64,000 nucleotides of DNA from Candidatus Kaiserbacteria bacterium (GTDB taxonomy: Bacteria > Patescibacteriota > Minisyncoccia > Phycocordibacterales > Phycocordibacteraceae), in contig JAHFMN010000003.1 of NCBI GenBank assembly GCA_023264445.1, positions 18,421 to 82,420 of the forward strand. Direction: 5' to 3'. Positions 1-9,285 of the stretch are shown in pieces. Positions within the stretch are counted from its first letter, which is position 1. The number at the start of each line of letters is the position of its first letter. Made by a program: the position numbers and the translations under genes. The notes under the pieces are model-generated. The model saw only the letters and a list, made by a program, of their open reading frames with translations. It was not told the origin of the DNA and did no database searches.

Positions 1-780
1 CACGAGATCGAACACAATATTCTTTTCGGAAGTCACCGCATTGAGAAAGCTCTGCAAGAGGCCGAACATATCATATATCGCATTGCCGTAGCTGATGCGC
101 TGCACAGCAAAACCATTCCGCTCGAGCATAGCGCGCAGACTTTCAGGCGAAAAATGAAAGAGATGCCGCGGCACATCAAGATGCAGCCAGTCTGCTGTAA
201 ACAGGCGCGCCTGCCAAGAGCGGTAGTTCGGCACTTCGATGACGAGCATGCCATCTTCCCGTAAGAGCTCAGCTATCCGCTTCAAGTACCGTTCGGGGTC
301 CTGCAGGTGTTCAAACGAGTGCCACGAGGTAATGACGTCAAAAGATGCTTCCGTAAAAGGACAGTTCGGAAGCTCATCTCTACAAATTCTCGCCGCGATG
401 TCCGGGGAGAGATGAGCGCCTTGCGCGCGCTCCGTCCCGTATACATCCCAGCCGAGCGCTGCAGCCGCCTTCAGGAACGAGCCATTTCCGCATCCGACGT
501 CCAGAAGCCGGCCCGGCGGGCGCGCCCAGGCGCGCATGACTTTCCGCATCCAGAGGTAGTTGATGAGGCCGCCCATAGCCCCCTTGCGCGAGCCGTAATA
601 CTGGTCAGCATAGTATGCACCGAGCGCCTCCGAAGTGATGTCCGGCTTCGTAACGCCGAGACCGCATAGAGGGCACTCATAGAGCTTAAACTGGTTGCCA
701 GTCCTGTATTCAGGAGCGTCGTAGCTATACGCGAGATCTGCGCGCAAGCATGCCGGACAACGATAGTGAGCATCCATCAT
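1..780 (-). CDS. Class I SAM-dependent methyltransferase with N-terminal Zn-ribbon (CxxC...CPLC); TylCIII-like sugar C-methyltransferase family. Partial: C-terminus lies beyond the window start.
   Basis: Manual translation of the minus strand from ATG at 780 gives MMDAHYRCPACL...CPLCG...GRLLDVGCGNGSF (SAM motif I) with no stop down to position 1. Absent from the ORF track because it runs off the edge. Paralog of the 9282..10253 gene. Confidence 0.7.
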   Translation of the reverse strand, partial: MMDAHYRCPACLRADLAYSYDAPEYRTGNQFKLYECPLCGLGVTKPDITSEALGAYYADQYYGSRKGAMGGLINYLWMRKVMRAWARPPGRLLDVGCGNGSFLKAAAALGWDVYGTERAQGAHLSPDIAARICRDELPNCPFTEASFDVITSWHSFEHLQDPERYLKRIAELLREDGMLVIEVPNYRSWQARLFTADWLHLDVPRHLFHFSPESLRAMLERNGFAVQRISYGNAIYDMFGLLQSFLNAVTSEKNIVFDLV

Positions 781-2216
781 CGTATGCGCTCAAAGAGCGA
801 ACTTCCCTCCATAAATTCCACCTTGCGGTAGGAAGAAGCGAGCACCGATGCATAGGCCGTTACCACGTATCGATTGCCCTCGTCCATGACGAGGAATTTT
901 GGCAGTTCGTTTAACGGGAGTGACAATGCATTCACACCGTGAACTGGGACGCCCGTCATCGAAAGATAGTGGTATCTGCTTTGAGGCGGCACGAGCGACG
1001 CGACTGCCGGGTCGTTTATGATTCCGACTGTATCGGAGCCGAGATGTGCATTCAGGTACGTAGCCGTTTGGAGAGCGGTATCAGAACGGAATACATGCGA
1101 GCTGAAGAATAGTACATACGCCTGCAACCCCACGAGTCCGGCAATACAGAGAGTCGCGTAGATACTTCTACTGAAAAAGTGGACGGAAATGTTTCGTATG
1201 AACACAGGCAGGAGCATAAGAACGCTCAATTCAAGCGGCATCAGGTACCGCAGCCAGCCGGGCGAGCGCAGGAAATAGGCAAAAGATATGATTCCCAGAA
1301 GAGAGAAGAACAGCACTATTCTTTTCTGGAACGGATCCTCTCCTTTGGCGAAGTACCACCCGACTGCGGATACACAAAGAAGGAAGAAGAAATACAGAAG
1401 GGTCGACTCTAAAGGCGCGTGCAGCACATTTGCTACGACGTTGTCGAGCATGGATGCAGAACCGAAGGGATTCTTATAAAAGCCGAGGAGCGAAGCGAAT
1501 ACTCCGGAAGTGATGGGGCGTGGCAACGTAAGTGCAAGCCAGAGAAAGATCGGCAGCGCGTACCCCATACCGAAGCGAATAAGATTGCCGAAGCGTTTTT
1601 CTTTTTGAAAGAAAAAGATATCAGCCGCTGCAGGAATACACAGCCAGAGATAGAGCGAGGGCTTAGACGCGGCAGCAAGTCCGAGCAGAAGGCCGGACGG
1701 AATGAGCCGGCCTTTGAGAAGGCACCACGCGCCAAGCAAGAGAAAGGTGAACCCCGGTATCTCTCCCGTGACCGTACGCCCGTTCGCAAAGAAAGAAGCG
1801 AATGACAGCACGAGCAAACATCCTAGAACAGCCGATCGCGTATCGAAGAATTTCCGGAGAAAGAGGAAAAGAGTGCCGACACCGGCCACACACCATGCAA
1901 GCATGTAGAACCGCGCCACGAAGAAGCTAAATCCGAACACGGCAAATGCAAACGCGAGCGGAAGCGTCACCGGATACCCATTTGAACCGGCTATCACTAC
2001 TGCGTAGGGAGAATACACGCCCGGAGCGACCGAGATATCTAGAACCTGATGCTCCGCAAAGGTGTGGGCGACTTCAATAGCAAGACCCTCGTCATACCAG
2101 AGTTTCGGCCAGGTGGTGAGCACTGGATACGATATGGCGCAAAAGACGATGGTGGCACCAATAAGTGCCCCGATGTACCACCTATCGGGAAGCGCAAACA
2201 TGCGCTTATAGTACAC
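777..2216 (-). CDS. Polytopic GT-C fold membrane glycosyltransferase (ArnT/PMT, GT39/GT83-like)
   Basis: 479 aa, more than 10 predicted TM segments. N-proximal extracytoplasmic loop has a WYDEG (DE) motif typical of PMT/ArnT-type GT-C enzymes. Immediately downstream of a Dpm1-like GT2. Confidence 0.6.
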   Translation of the reverse strand: MYYKRMFALPDRWYIGALIGATIVFCAISYPVLTTWPKLWYDEGLAIEVAHTFAEHQVLDISVAPGVYSPYAVVIAGSNGYPVTLPLAFAFAVFGFSFFVARFYMLAWCVAGVGTLFLFLRKFFDTRSAVLGCLLVLSFASFFANGRTVTGEIPGFTFLLLGAWCLLKGRLIPSGLLLGLAAASKPSLYLWLCIPAAADIFFFQKEKRFGNLIRFGMGYALPIFLWLALTLPRPITSGVFASLLGFYKNPFGSASMLDNVVANVLHAPLESTLLYFFFLLCVSAVGWYFAKGEDPFQKRIVLFFSLLGIISFAYFLRSPGWLRYLMPLELSVLMLLPVFIRNISVHFFSRSIYATLCIAGLVGLQAYVLFFSSHVFRSDTALQTATYLNAHLGSDTVGIINDPAVASLVPPQSRYHYLSMTGVPVHGVNALSLPLNELPKFLVMDEGNRYVVTAYASVLASSYRKVEFMEGSSLFERIR

Positions 2217-2973
2217 GCCCGGACGAGGAGATCAGAAATCGCGCGTCGGTCCTCACATGTGCACGGTGGAGGAGATAGTTCGCAACCACCATGAGCGTCA
2301 TGAGGCCATACTCTGCGCTTTTGAAAAAGCTCGGCGAGAGCGAATCCTTTTCGTAGCGGGTTGGAATGGGGATCTCGGTCATTCGAAAGCCGCCCGAAGC
2401 GATCTGGGCTATCATTTCAGAATCAAAGACGTAGTTGCTTGAATTCAAATGGAACGGGATAGAGCGGAGCATGCTTCCTGCATATGCTCGGTACCCCGTG
2501 TGGTATTCACTCAATTTCAACCGAAACACTAATTCCTCGAACCGGCTAAGCGCGATATTCGCGACAAAACGCCACCACGACATGCCTCCCGCGCGAGCCG
2601 ACTTCTTGGAGTGCATGCGCGAGCCAAAGCAGACGTCCGCCGTACCGTTCACTATCGGCGCGATGATATCGGGTACGAGCGCTGGATCGTATTGGAAATC
2701 CCCATGCACCATGACGATGACGTCCGCGCCACGTGCGAGCGCTTCCGCATATCCCGTTTTCTGCGAGCCGCCGTAGCCCGTGTTTTTCGGATGCGTGATG
2801 AGTACGATGCCGCTCAAGCTCTCTGCGACGGCGAGCGTCGTATCCGTGCTAGCGTCATTGATGACGATGACTTCATCAACGATATCTCGCGGAACAGCCG
2901 CGACGGTCATCGCAAGCGTTTTTTCCGCATTGTAGGTCGGTATCACGACTACTATTTTCTTATTCTGTAGCAT
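2206..2973 (-). CDS. GT2 polyprenyl-phosphate sugar synthase (Dpm1/GtrB/ArnC-like)
   Basis: MLQNKKIVVVIPTYNAEKT...VIVINDASTDTT...VMVHGDFQYDP: GT-A fold with DxD-type motifs. Start chosen at 2973 (alternative 2988). Confidence 0.8.
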   Translation of the reverse strand: MLQNKKIVVVIPTYNAEKTLAMTVAAVPRDIVDEVIVINDASTDTTLAVAESLSGIVLITHPKNTGYGGSQKTGYAEALARGADVIVMVHGDFQYDPALVPDIIAPIVNGTADVCFGSRMHSKKSARAGGMSWWRFVANIALSRFEELVFRLKLSEYHTGYRAYAGSMLRSIPFHLNSSNYVFDSEMIAQIASGGFRMTEIPIPTRYEKDSLSPSFFKSAEYGLMTLMVVANYLLHRAHVRTDARFLISSSGRVL

Positions 2974-2994
2974 GTTGCAGGCGCCCAAACTATA

Positions 2995-4755
2995 TTATGC
3001 TCGCTGCATCTTGGCAAAATAGGAACCGTGGTTCTTGAGCAGTGATTCAGGCGTTCCGTGCTCGACAATGCGCCCATGGCTCACGACGAGGATAGTATCG
3101 GCCTCGGCGACCGTGGAGGGCCGGTGCGCGATGATGAGCACGGTCACCTTGCCGTGCAGCGCGCGGATGGATTCATGGATGAGCTTTTCGGACTCATGGT
3201 CAAGCGCGCTCGTCGCCTCATCCAGGATGAGAAGTGCCGGGCGGCCCGCAAGGGCACGGGCAAGCGCGATACGCTGACGCTGGCCGCCAGAGAGCATGAC
3301 ACCGCGATCGCCCGTTATCGTTTGGAACCCTTCGGGCAGCCCCATGATGAAGTCATAAATGTTGGCTTGCTTCGCGGCATGCTCAATTTCCTCGGTGGTC
3401 AAGGTGTGATTATAAAATCGGATGTTGTCCTCAATCGTACTGTTGAGGAGAAATACGTCCTGCGACACATAGCCGATATGTCTGCGCCATGTTTCAAGCG
3501 AGATGGACTCGCTTGGTACGCCATCGAGGAGTAGTTCTCCCGCGCTCGGTTTGAAGAGCCGTAAAAGGAGATCCGCGACGGAGGTCTTCCCTGCGCCTGA
3601 AGGCCCGATAAGTCCTACCGTCTCCCCTGCACGTATGGAGAAGTCAATGCCATCTAGCACCGGCTTGCCTTCCGCATAGGCGAATGAGACTCCCTTGAAG
3701 GCGAGTTCTTTTTGGAAACTGAAAGAGGAAGTTCCTTCAGACGACTCGCGATGCAGGTCGAACTGGCGCTTGAATGCCGCGATGTTCTCGACGTACGGCA
3801 CGAGCTCGCTCACTGACTGGAGCGCGACTTGGCCGGACTCAAGATAGGTGAATATTTTTTGTATGAGATAGAGTGATGCCGCAAACGAGATGATGTTAAA
3901 GGAGTCCGAATGATACGTGAGAAGGAAGAGCACCATGGCGAGCATGATGCTGACCGGCTGGAAGAAGCTCGTACCGAGCGAATGCACGAGTGCCTGCCGG
4001 ATGGAGAGCGAGCGTAGGTGGTGGATGTGAGAGCTACCGTCGGTAATAGCGGCACGCTCCGCGCCGGCGGCCTTGATGGACTTCATGCCAATGATGTGTT
4101 CAGTGAGAAATTGCGCAAACTGCTTCTCCACTCCCGCCACCTGCCGCCCGATGCGCTGTGCGCGCCGCAGAAACGGCCGAAGCAAGAAGAGGAGGATGAC
4201 GCCGCCGAGAAGCGTGTAGAGCGTGATGCTTGGCGAGATGTTGATGATGACGAGGAGATACATGAGGAAGCCGCTGAAAGACTGGACGATCTGCGCGATG
4301 GTGCCGAGAAGCCCGCTTGTCTGGTGCACGTCCCGCACGAGCGTATTCTGCAGCGTGCCTATTTTCTGTTTCAACGAGAACGACCAAGAAGAAAGCAGCG
4401 CCCGGCGCAAGACATCCGCGCTTTCCTTACCGAGGAAGTCGGCGCTAATCCATCCGCGGATAAAGCCGAACACGACCACCGAAATCGAACGGAGTATGAA
4501 AAGGATAAGTATGAATCCAAGCAGGTAACGGAACGAAAATGGTATGTGCAGGAAGGCAAATAATCCCTGTATGGTCTGTGAGATGAAATCGGTCGCCGGG
4601 GAGCTCGCTCCGGTGAAGAAGCTTATGAGCGGGATGACGGCATTGATGCCGATACCCTCCAAGAGAGAGCTTATAATGCCAAATATGATGAGCGCCACGA
4701 TATGCCAGCGGTAGGCACGAAACGCCTGCCAGAGCGTCGTGAGGGTGTTTTTCAT
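2995..4755 (-). CDS. ABC exporter, fused permease/ATPase (MsbA/type I exporter-like)
   Basis: Six-TM N-terminal domain then Walker A GPSGAGKTS, signature LSGGQRQRIALARAL and Walker B LLILDEATSALD. Start at MKNTLTTLWQ (4755). Confidence 0.85.
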   Translation of the reverse strand: MKNTLTTLWQAFRAYRWHIVALIIFGIISSLLEGIGINAVIPLISFFTGASSPATDFISQTIQGLFAFLHIPFSFRYLLGFILILFILRSISVVVFGFIRGWISADFLGKESADVLRRALLSSWSFSLKQKIGTLQNTLVRDVHQTSGLLGTIAQIVQSFSGFLMYLLVIINISPSITLYTLLGGVILLFLLRPFLRRAQRIGRQVAGVEKQFAQFLTEHIIGMKSIKAAGAERAAITDGSSHIHHLRSLSIRQALVHSLGTSFFQPVSIMLAMVLFLLTYHSDSFNIISFAASLYLIQKIFTYLESGQVALQSVSELVPYVENIAAFKRQFDLHRESSEGTSSFSFQKELAFKGVSFAYAEGKPVLDGIDFSIRAGETVGLIGPSGAGKTSVADLLLRLFKPSAGELLLDGVPSESISLETWRRHIGYVSQDVFLLNSTIEDNIRFYNHTLTTEEIEHAAKQANIYDFIMGLPEGFQTITGDRGVMLSGGQRQRIALARALAGRPALLILDEATSALDHESEKLIHESIRALHGKVTVLIIAHRPSTVAEADTILVVSHGRIVEHGTPESLLKNHGSYFAKMQRA

Positions 4756-4810
4756 AGATGAGTCGATATCCACTATAACCTGCGCCCGCTGACAAAAGAA
4801 ACCGCCCTCA

Positions 4811-5581
4811 CTAGACACGCCCACCAATATGGTGCACGTGCGGAGCAGTAAGTGAGAGGCGCTCGAGCTGGGTGGTTGAACGGGCATTCTTTGATTCTAG
4901 GATGCGTGCAGATCGTTCGTGGCGTTTGATATTCCACCCGTACGTATTGTGGACGAGGTCGCCCTCGCGCACATGCACGAGCTTCGCTGCTGCTTTTCCC
5001 GGCCAGAGTATCTGCTGTGCGGCGATGGTTCCCATCTCCTCCATTCCTGCATTGTCCGGGTCGTTCACCGCATCGGCGGTAAGCACGAAACCGGTATGGA
5101 TAAGGTGTCCGGTCGACCACATCGCGCACGTGTTCCAGGGAATCTGCAGACCGCTCGCCCCTTCCACAAGCACACGCTCCCCGGGCGGCGCTTTAACATC
5201 ATGCCCATCGAGACGTGCACCAACGACGAGCGTTTCGTCGTCAGAATGGGATTGCAGGAGCGACACGAGCGATGGCGTCACAGGATATTCGGTGCTTGTG
5301 AAAAGGAGGTGGGTTACTTGCTTTTCTGCACATTTGAGAAGAAGCGCATTCGGCGCTTGCACCACTCTGCCCCATGGGACGACGGAAAATGCAGTGACGG
5401 TCGGATATTTTTCTCGCATGAAATCATGGCTTCCTGAAAGGTCGGCCTCGGTATTAATAGCAACGAACACCTGTTCCGCAGGGACGACCGCAAGCGCTGC
5501 ATCGACCCAGGTCGCGAGGCGCTGGACATCACCCTTGGTGAGTCCATAGAAGCGCGTTGCAATGCCTAATTTCTGCTGCAT
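4811..5581 (-). CDS. Hypothetical protein; possible nucleotide-sugar-modifying enzyme, family not recognised
   Basis: 256 aa from MQQKLGIATRFYGL. Four-nt gap to the upstream ATP-grasp stop. No recognised motif. Confidence 0.35.
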   Translation of the reverse strand: MQQKLGIATRFYGLTKGDVQRLATWVDAALAVVPAEQVFVAINTEADLSGSHDFMREKYPTVTAFSVVPWGRVVQAPNALLLKCAEKQVTHLLFTSTEYPVTPSLVSLLQSHSDDETLVVGARLDGHDVKAPPGERVLVEGASGLQIPWNTCAMWSTGHLIHTGFVLTADAVNDPDNAGMEEMGTIAAQQILWPGKAAAKLVHVREGDLVHNTYGWNIKRHERSARILESKNARSTTQLERLSLTAPHVHHIGGRV

Positions 5582-5585
5582 ATTC

Positions 5586-6794
5586 CTATTGAACGACAAA
5601 TTCCACGACCTGTACTGCCCTCTCTGCGGCTTCCACTGCCTCCGCGCGCGAGGGTGCAAGCGCTATGACATAGCCCACGCGCGATGGATGATTCACTATT
5701 GCGGGAATTTCATCTCCTACCTGCACCCACGGATCGACTTTTTTGATGAACGGCATATTCCTGGCTTCGGTAAGTCCTCGAATTTCTTTGATGACGCCTG
5801 GGGACGGAAAGAAATACCGCTGCGAAGTTGCCATATGCTTCGTCGGGACAAAACGATTCTGATCAACGCTGTTGCCGACGGTCATATCAATGAGGATATC
5901 CACGATATCAACGCCGGTAGACCACGGTACTTTGTCATAGCAGAAGTTGCCGCCGGAGAGGCGCGCCGCTATTTCAATCACGTACGCCTTGCCGTCGTCG
6001 CCCATTACCATGTCTCCTTTTGCAGGCCCCCAATCAATGCCGAGCGCGCGGACCGCCTTTTCAAACTCTTCTTCAACCAATCTTTTCTGCGCAGGGGGAA
6101 GAACCGTCGGGATATCTCCGCCATCTTCAACGAGATGCGGAGTCGTCTTTTCTACGTTCTCGTAATTGCGGTCAGCAAAGCCGGTGCAATGGAATATATT
6201 GTCGTGCATGATGCCCTCGGTGCTCACTTGGAGCCCGGGAATGTATTGCTCGGCAATCAAGTCTCCGGAATACGAATACTTCCTCGCGTACTCAAATGCC
6301 CACGAGAGGTCCGTATCGGCAGTGATGCGCAGGACGCCGCGTGCGCCGGAATTATCCACCGGTTTCAGCACCACCGGGAAGCCGGCATGTTCGATAAAGG
6401 ACTGGAGATCCGCAAGTGTCCGCACCGATGTGAATTTCGGAATGTTCACCCCGCCGCGTTCAAGTTCTTCTTTCATCTTGAATTTCTGCACGCACGTCTG
6501 CGCGACTGAAAGCGGGATATGCTTGACGCCGAGGTATTCCGCCGCCGCAGAAACGCAATGCGGGATGTCGCTTGCAATGGTCATGACGCCATCAATCTTT
6601 TTCTTGTACCCCTTCAGGAACTCAAGGATAGCCGGTACGTCTCGGGTGCTGACCAGATAGAATTCATCGGCATGCGTGGCACCGGCAGCCTTCGGATTCA
6701 TATCAAACACGACCGTATGTATGCCTTTTTCCTTCGCACGATCAATGGCATTCACTTGTTCTATCCCCGCTCCGAGAATCAGAATGGTTTTCAT
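5586..6794 (-). CDS. ATP-grasp domain ligase
   Basis: 402 aa: MKTILILGAG...VVLKPVDNSGARGV...EQYIPG...YVIEIAARLSGG, the typical ATP-grasp pre-ATP-grasp/central/C-domain layout. Confidence 0.75.
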   Translation of the reverse strand: MKTILILGAGIEQVNAIDRAKEKGIHTVVFDMNPKAAGATHADEFYLVSTRDVPAILEFLKGYKKKIDGVMTIASDIPHCVSAAAEYLGVKHIPLSVAQTCVQKFKMKEELERGGVNIPKFTSVRTLADLQSFIEHAGFPVVLKPVDNSGARGVLRITADTDLSWAFEYARKYSYSGDLIAEQYIPGLQVSTEGIMHDNIFHCTGFADRNYENVEKTTPHLVEDGGDIPTVLPPAQKRLVEEEFEKAVRALGIDWGPAKGDMVMGDDGKAYVIEIAARLSGGNFCYDKVPWSTGVDIVDILIDMTVGNSVDQNRFVPTKHMATSQRYFFPSPGVIKEIRGLTEARNMPFIKKVDPWVQVGDEIPAIVNHPSRVGYVIALAPSRAEAVEAAERAVQVVEFVVQ

Positions 6795-6795
6795 A

Positions 6796-7536
6796 CTATG
6801 AGAACAGCATACCGCCGTTTACGTTCAGCGTCTGTCCGGTGATGGATGCAGCAGAGTCCGAAGCGAGGAATGCGACTGCTGCGGCGATCTCCTCTGGTGC
6901 AGTCAATCGGCCGATAGGAATCTGCGCGGCCTTCTGCTTCCCTTCTTTTGAACCAAGCTCTTTTTTAATCATGTCCGTCTCGACGAGACCGGGAGAGACC
7001 GCGTTGCTCGTAATGCCATCTCGCGAAAAAAGCTTCGCGAGCGAGTGCGTAAAGTTGATGAGTCCTGCCTTCGCCGCGGCGTAGTGCACCTGGCGCATGC
7101 CGCCCCACTGCCCGCCGATGGAGACGATATTGATGATGCGGCCCCAGCGCTTCTTCCGCATAGCAGGTACGGTCTCTTGAGCGACAATGAATGCGCCGCG
7201 CAGATTCGTCTCCAGCATGCGGTTCCAGTCAGCATCCGTGATGCGTTCAAAGGGCTTCTCGTCCGCGATGCCGGCGTTATTGACGACGATGTCCGGAGTC
7301 TTCCCCCATTGCTTTCGTACTGCAGCAAGCGCTTTCTTTATTGAAGCTCGACTGCGGATATCGACGCGCACGGCAAGCGCTTCCGGATACTTTTTCTCCA
7401 ATTCCTCCGCACCGTTCTTATGGAGGTTATACCCGCAGGCAACGGAATATCCCTCTGCAAGCAGCTTGCTCGCGACGGCATGTCCGATGCCGCGGCTTGC
7501 GCCGGTGACGAGTGCCAGCTTAGTGTTCGTTTTCAT
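6796..7536 (-). CDS. SDR family oxidoreductase (FabG-like ketoreductase)
   Basis: TGASRGIG cofactor motif, NNAG, catalytic YAAAKAG (YxxxK). Confidence 0.85.
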   Translation of the reverse strand: MKTNTKLALVTGASRGIGHAVASKLLAEGYSVACGYNLHKNGAEELEKKYPEALAVRVDIRSRASIKKALAAVRKQWGKTPDIVVNNAGIADEKPFERITDADWNRMLETNLRGAFIVAQETVPAMRKKRWGRIINIVSIGGQWGGMRQVHYAAAKAGLINFTHSLAKLFSRDGITSNAVSPGLVETDMIKKELGSKEGKQKAAQIPIGRLTAPEEIAAAVAFLASDSAASITGQTLNVNGGMLFS

Positions 7537-7539
7537 AGG

Positions 7540-9285
7540 TTAATCGAACGATGACTCGGAATTCATGTCGTTCAGTTCTTTGCCGCCCATGAGCATAGGC
7601 AGGATGTCTTCCTGCGGATCTATCTCGCAGTGGATGAGCACCGGGCCTTTTCGTTTGAGCGCCTTCGTTATCTTTTCCTTTGCCCCGCGAACTGAAGGGA
7701 CGCTCACGGCATCGATGCCGTATGCGCGCGCGATGTCCGCGAAGTTCGGGTTGCGCTTACCGCCGGTTGCAGGATGCGACTTCCAGTTCTGTCGCTGGAA
7801 TTGCGCCACGATATTAAGAGCATGATTATCGAGGACAAGGATCTTGATATCGAGATTCCGCTCTGCGATAAATGCGAGCTCTTGTATGTTCATCTGGAAG
7901 CTCCCATCGCCCACTACGCAGAGCACCTTCGTGCGCGGGGCGGCCATCTTCGCGCCTATGGCGGCAGGAAGATCGAATCCCATCGTCCCATGACCGGAGG
8001 AAGTGAGGAGCTGACGTTCGGGATGCGAAAACGAAAAATGTCGTGGCACCCACATCTGGTGCTGGCCGACGCCGGTGGCAACGATGACATCCCCGGCGAG
8101 AGCATCGCTTGCCCATTCGATGACATGCTGCGGCTTGAGGTATGCGCCGCGCTGCTGCTCTGGCACGAGGGCGTGCGTCTTTTTCCATTCTTCAATGCTT
8201 GTGAGCCATGCCGTAGTTTTTCCTTTCGTTCGAGCCTTCTTGGAGAGAAGCGCATTGAGTGCCGTGAGTGCCTCGCCCACATCGGCATGTATTTTCAAAT
8301 CAAGCGGTACGCGGCTGTGGTCGAGCTCTTTTTCGTCCACATCTATGCGCGCAACCTTGCCTTGCGGCGTCATCCGCGCGGGCACACTGCCGGTCTGGCG
8401 GACGTGGAGCGTCGTCCCAAGCGCGATGACAAGATCAGCGTTGTAGAGAGCAAGATTCGCATACCGGCTTCCCACGTAGCCGCAGAGGCCGAGCGACAAC
8501 GGTTTATCGGAAGGGTACGCGCCCATGCCAGGGAGACTCATGGTCACTGGTATCGAGAAACGGTCTGCAAGAGAGCGCAATTGGCGCTCCGCGCGCGCCG
8601 CAATGACTCCGCCTCCGGCTAGAATGACCGGACGCTCGGCCTTCACTATCCAGTCCGCAAGCGTTGCCAGCTGTTTCTTCGGCAATGGCAGGCTTTTTGA
8701 TTTCTTTTTCGCAGGAGCTCGCACGATGCGAGGCGAAATGACGGCACGCTGGACGTTCATGGGAAGATCGACGACGACCGGACCTCCTCGCCCCTCTCGA
8801 GCAAGTGCAAACGCTTGCTCCATGACAGAGGGGAGTTCAGTTGGCTCTGTCACGAGCCATGCGGCCTTCGTGATCGGAGTGAGCACGTCAACCGTATCCA
8901 CTTCTTGAAAACCGCGCTGTTTGACGGGAATTTTCCCGCGCAAGTCGCTTGTCCCTACTTGTCCGGTAAGCACCACCATCGGCACATTATCGAAATACGC
9001 ATCTGCTATCGGCGTCACGGCGTTCGTCACGCCCGGACCTGAAGTGACCATGTAGACCGCCGGCTTCCCAGTCACCTTCGCATAGGCAAGAGCGGCAAAA
9101 CCCGCACCTTGTTCATTCTTCGGACAGATGATTTCTATATCCGTCTCCTTCTCTACTACGTCCAAAATAGGCCCAATGGTCCCGCCCGGATAGATAAATA
9201 CTTTCTCCACGCCATTGCGCTTGAATGCTTCTACGATCGCGTGCGCGCCGAACTGGTCGCGCTTTTGTGTGTGTTTCTTTTTCAT
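7540..9285 (-). CDS. Thiamine-pyrophosphate enzyme of the acetolactate synthase large-subunit family (YerE-like candidate)
   Basis: 581 aa with Pyr domain, central domain and TPP-binding domain (GDGSFQMNIQELA...NN TPP motif). ATGA overlap with the downstream Zn-ribbon methyltransferase. Confidence 0.8.
   Translation of the reverse strand: MKKKHTQKRDQFGAHAIVEAFKRNGVEKVFIYPGGTIGPILDVVEKETDIEIICPKNEQGAGFAALAYAKVTGKPAVYMVTSGPGVTNAVTPIADAYFDNVPMVVLTGQVGTSDLRGKIPVKQRGFQEVDTVDVLTPITKAAWLVTEPTELPSVMEQAFALAREGRGGPVVVDLPMNVQRAVISPRIVRAPAKKKSKSLPLPKKQLATLADWIVKAERPVILAGGGVIAARAERQLRSLADRFSIPVTMSLPGMGAYPSDKPLSLGLCGYVGSRYANLALYNADLVIALGTTLHVRQTGSVPARMTPQGKVARIDVDEKELDHSRVPLDLKIHADVGEALTALNALLSKKARTKGKTTAWLTSIEEWKKTHALVPEQQRGAYLKPQHVIEWASDALAGDVIVATGVGQHQMWVPRHFSFSHPERQLLTSSGHGTMGFDLPAAIGAKMAAPRTKVLCVVGDGSFQMNIQELAFIAERNLDIKILVLDNHALNIVAQFQRQNWKSHPATGGKRNPNFADIARAYGIDAVSVPSVRGAKEKITKALKRKGPVLIHCEIDPQEDILPMLMGGKELNDMNSESSFD

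Noticed and set aside
33-669. ORF-track entries 33..254 (-), 307..669 (+) and 471..773 (-)
   Set aside because: They lie in wrong frames over the edge-running methyltransferase gene (1..780, minus), whose frame carries the LLDVGCGNG motif. Treated as spurious.
5562-6509. Long plus-strand ORFs (5562..6509, 7774..8622, 16090..17238, 48209..49216, 50859..51719 and many shorter ones) antisense to the minus-strand genes
   Set aside because: Each overlaps a minus-strand gene with clear family motifs. High-GC genomes generate long spurious antisense ORFs. None has recognisable domains and their composition is Arg/Ala/Pro-rich, typical of GC-rich out-of-frame translation.
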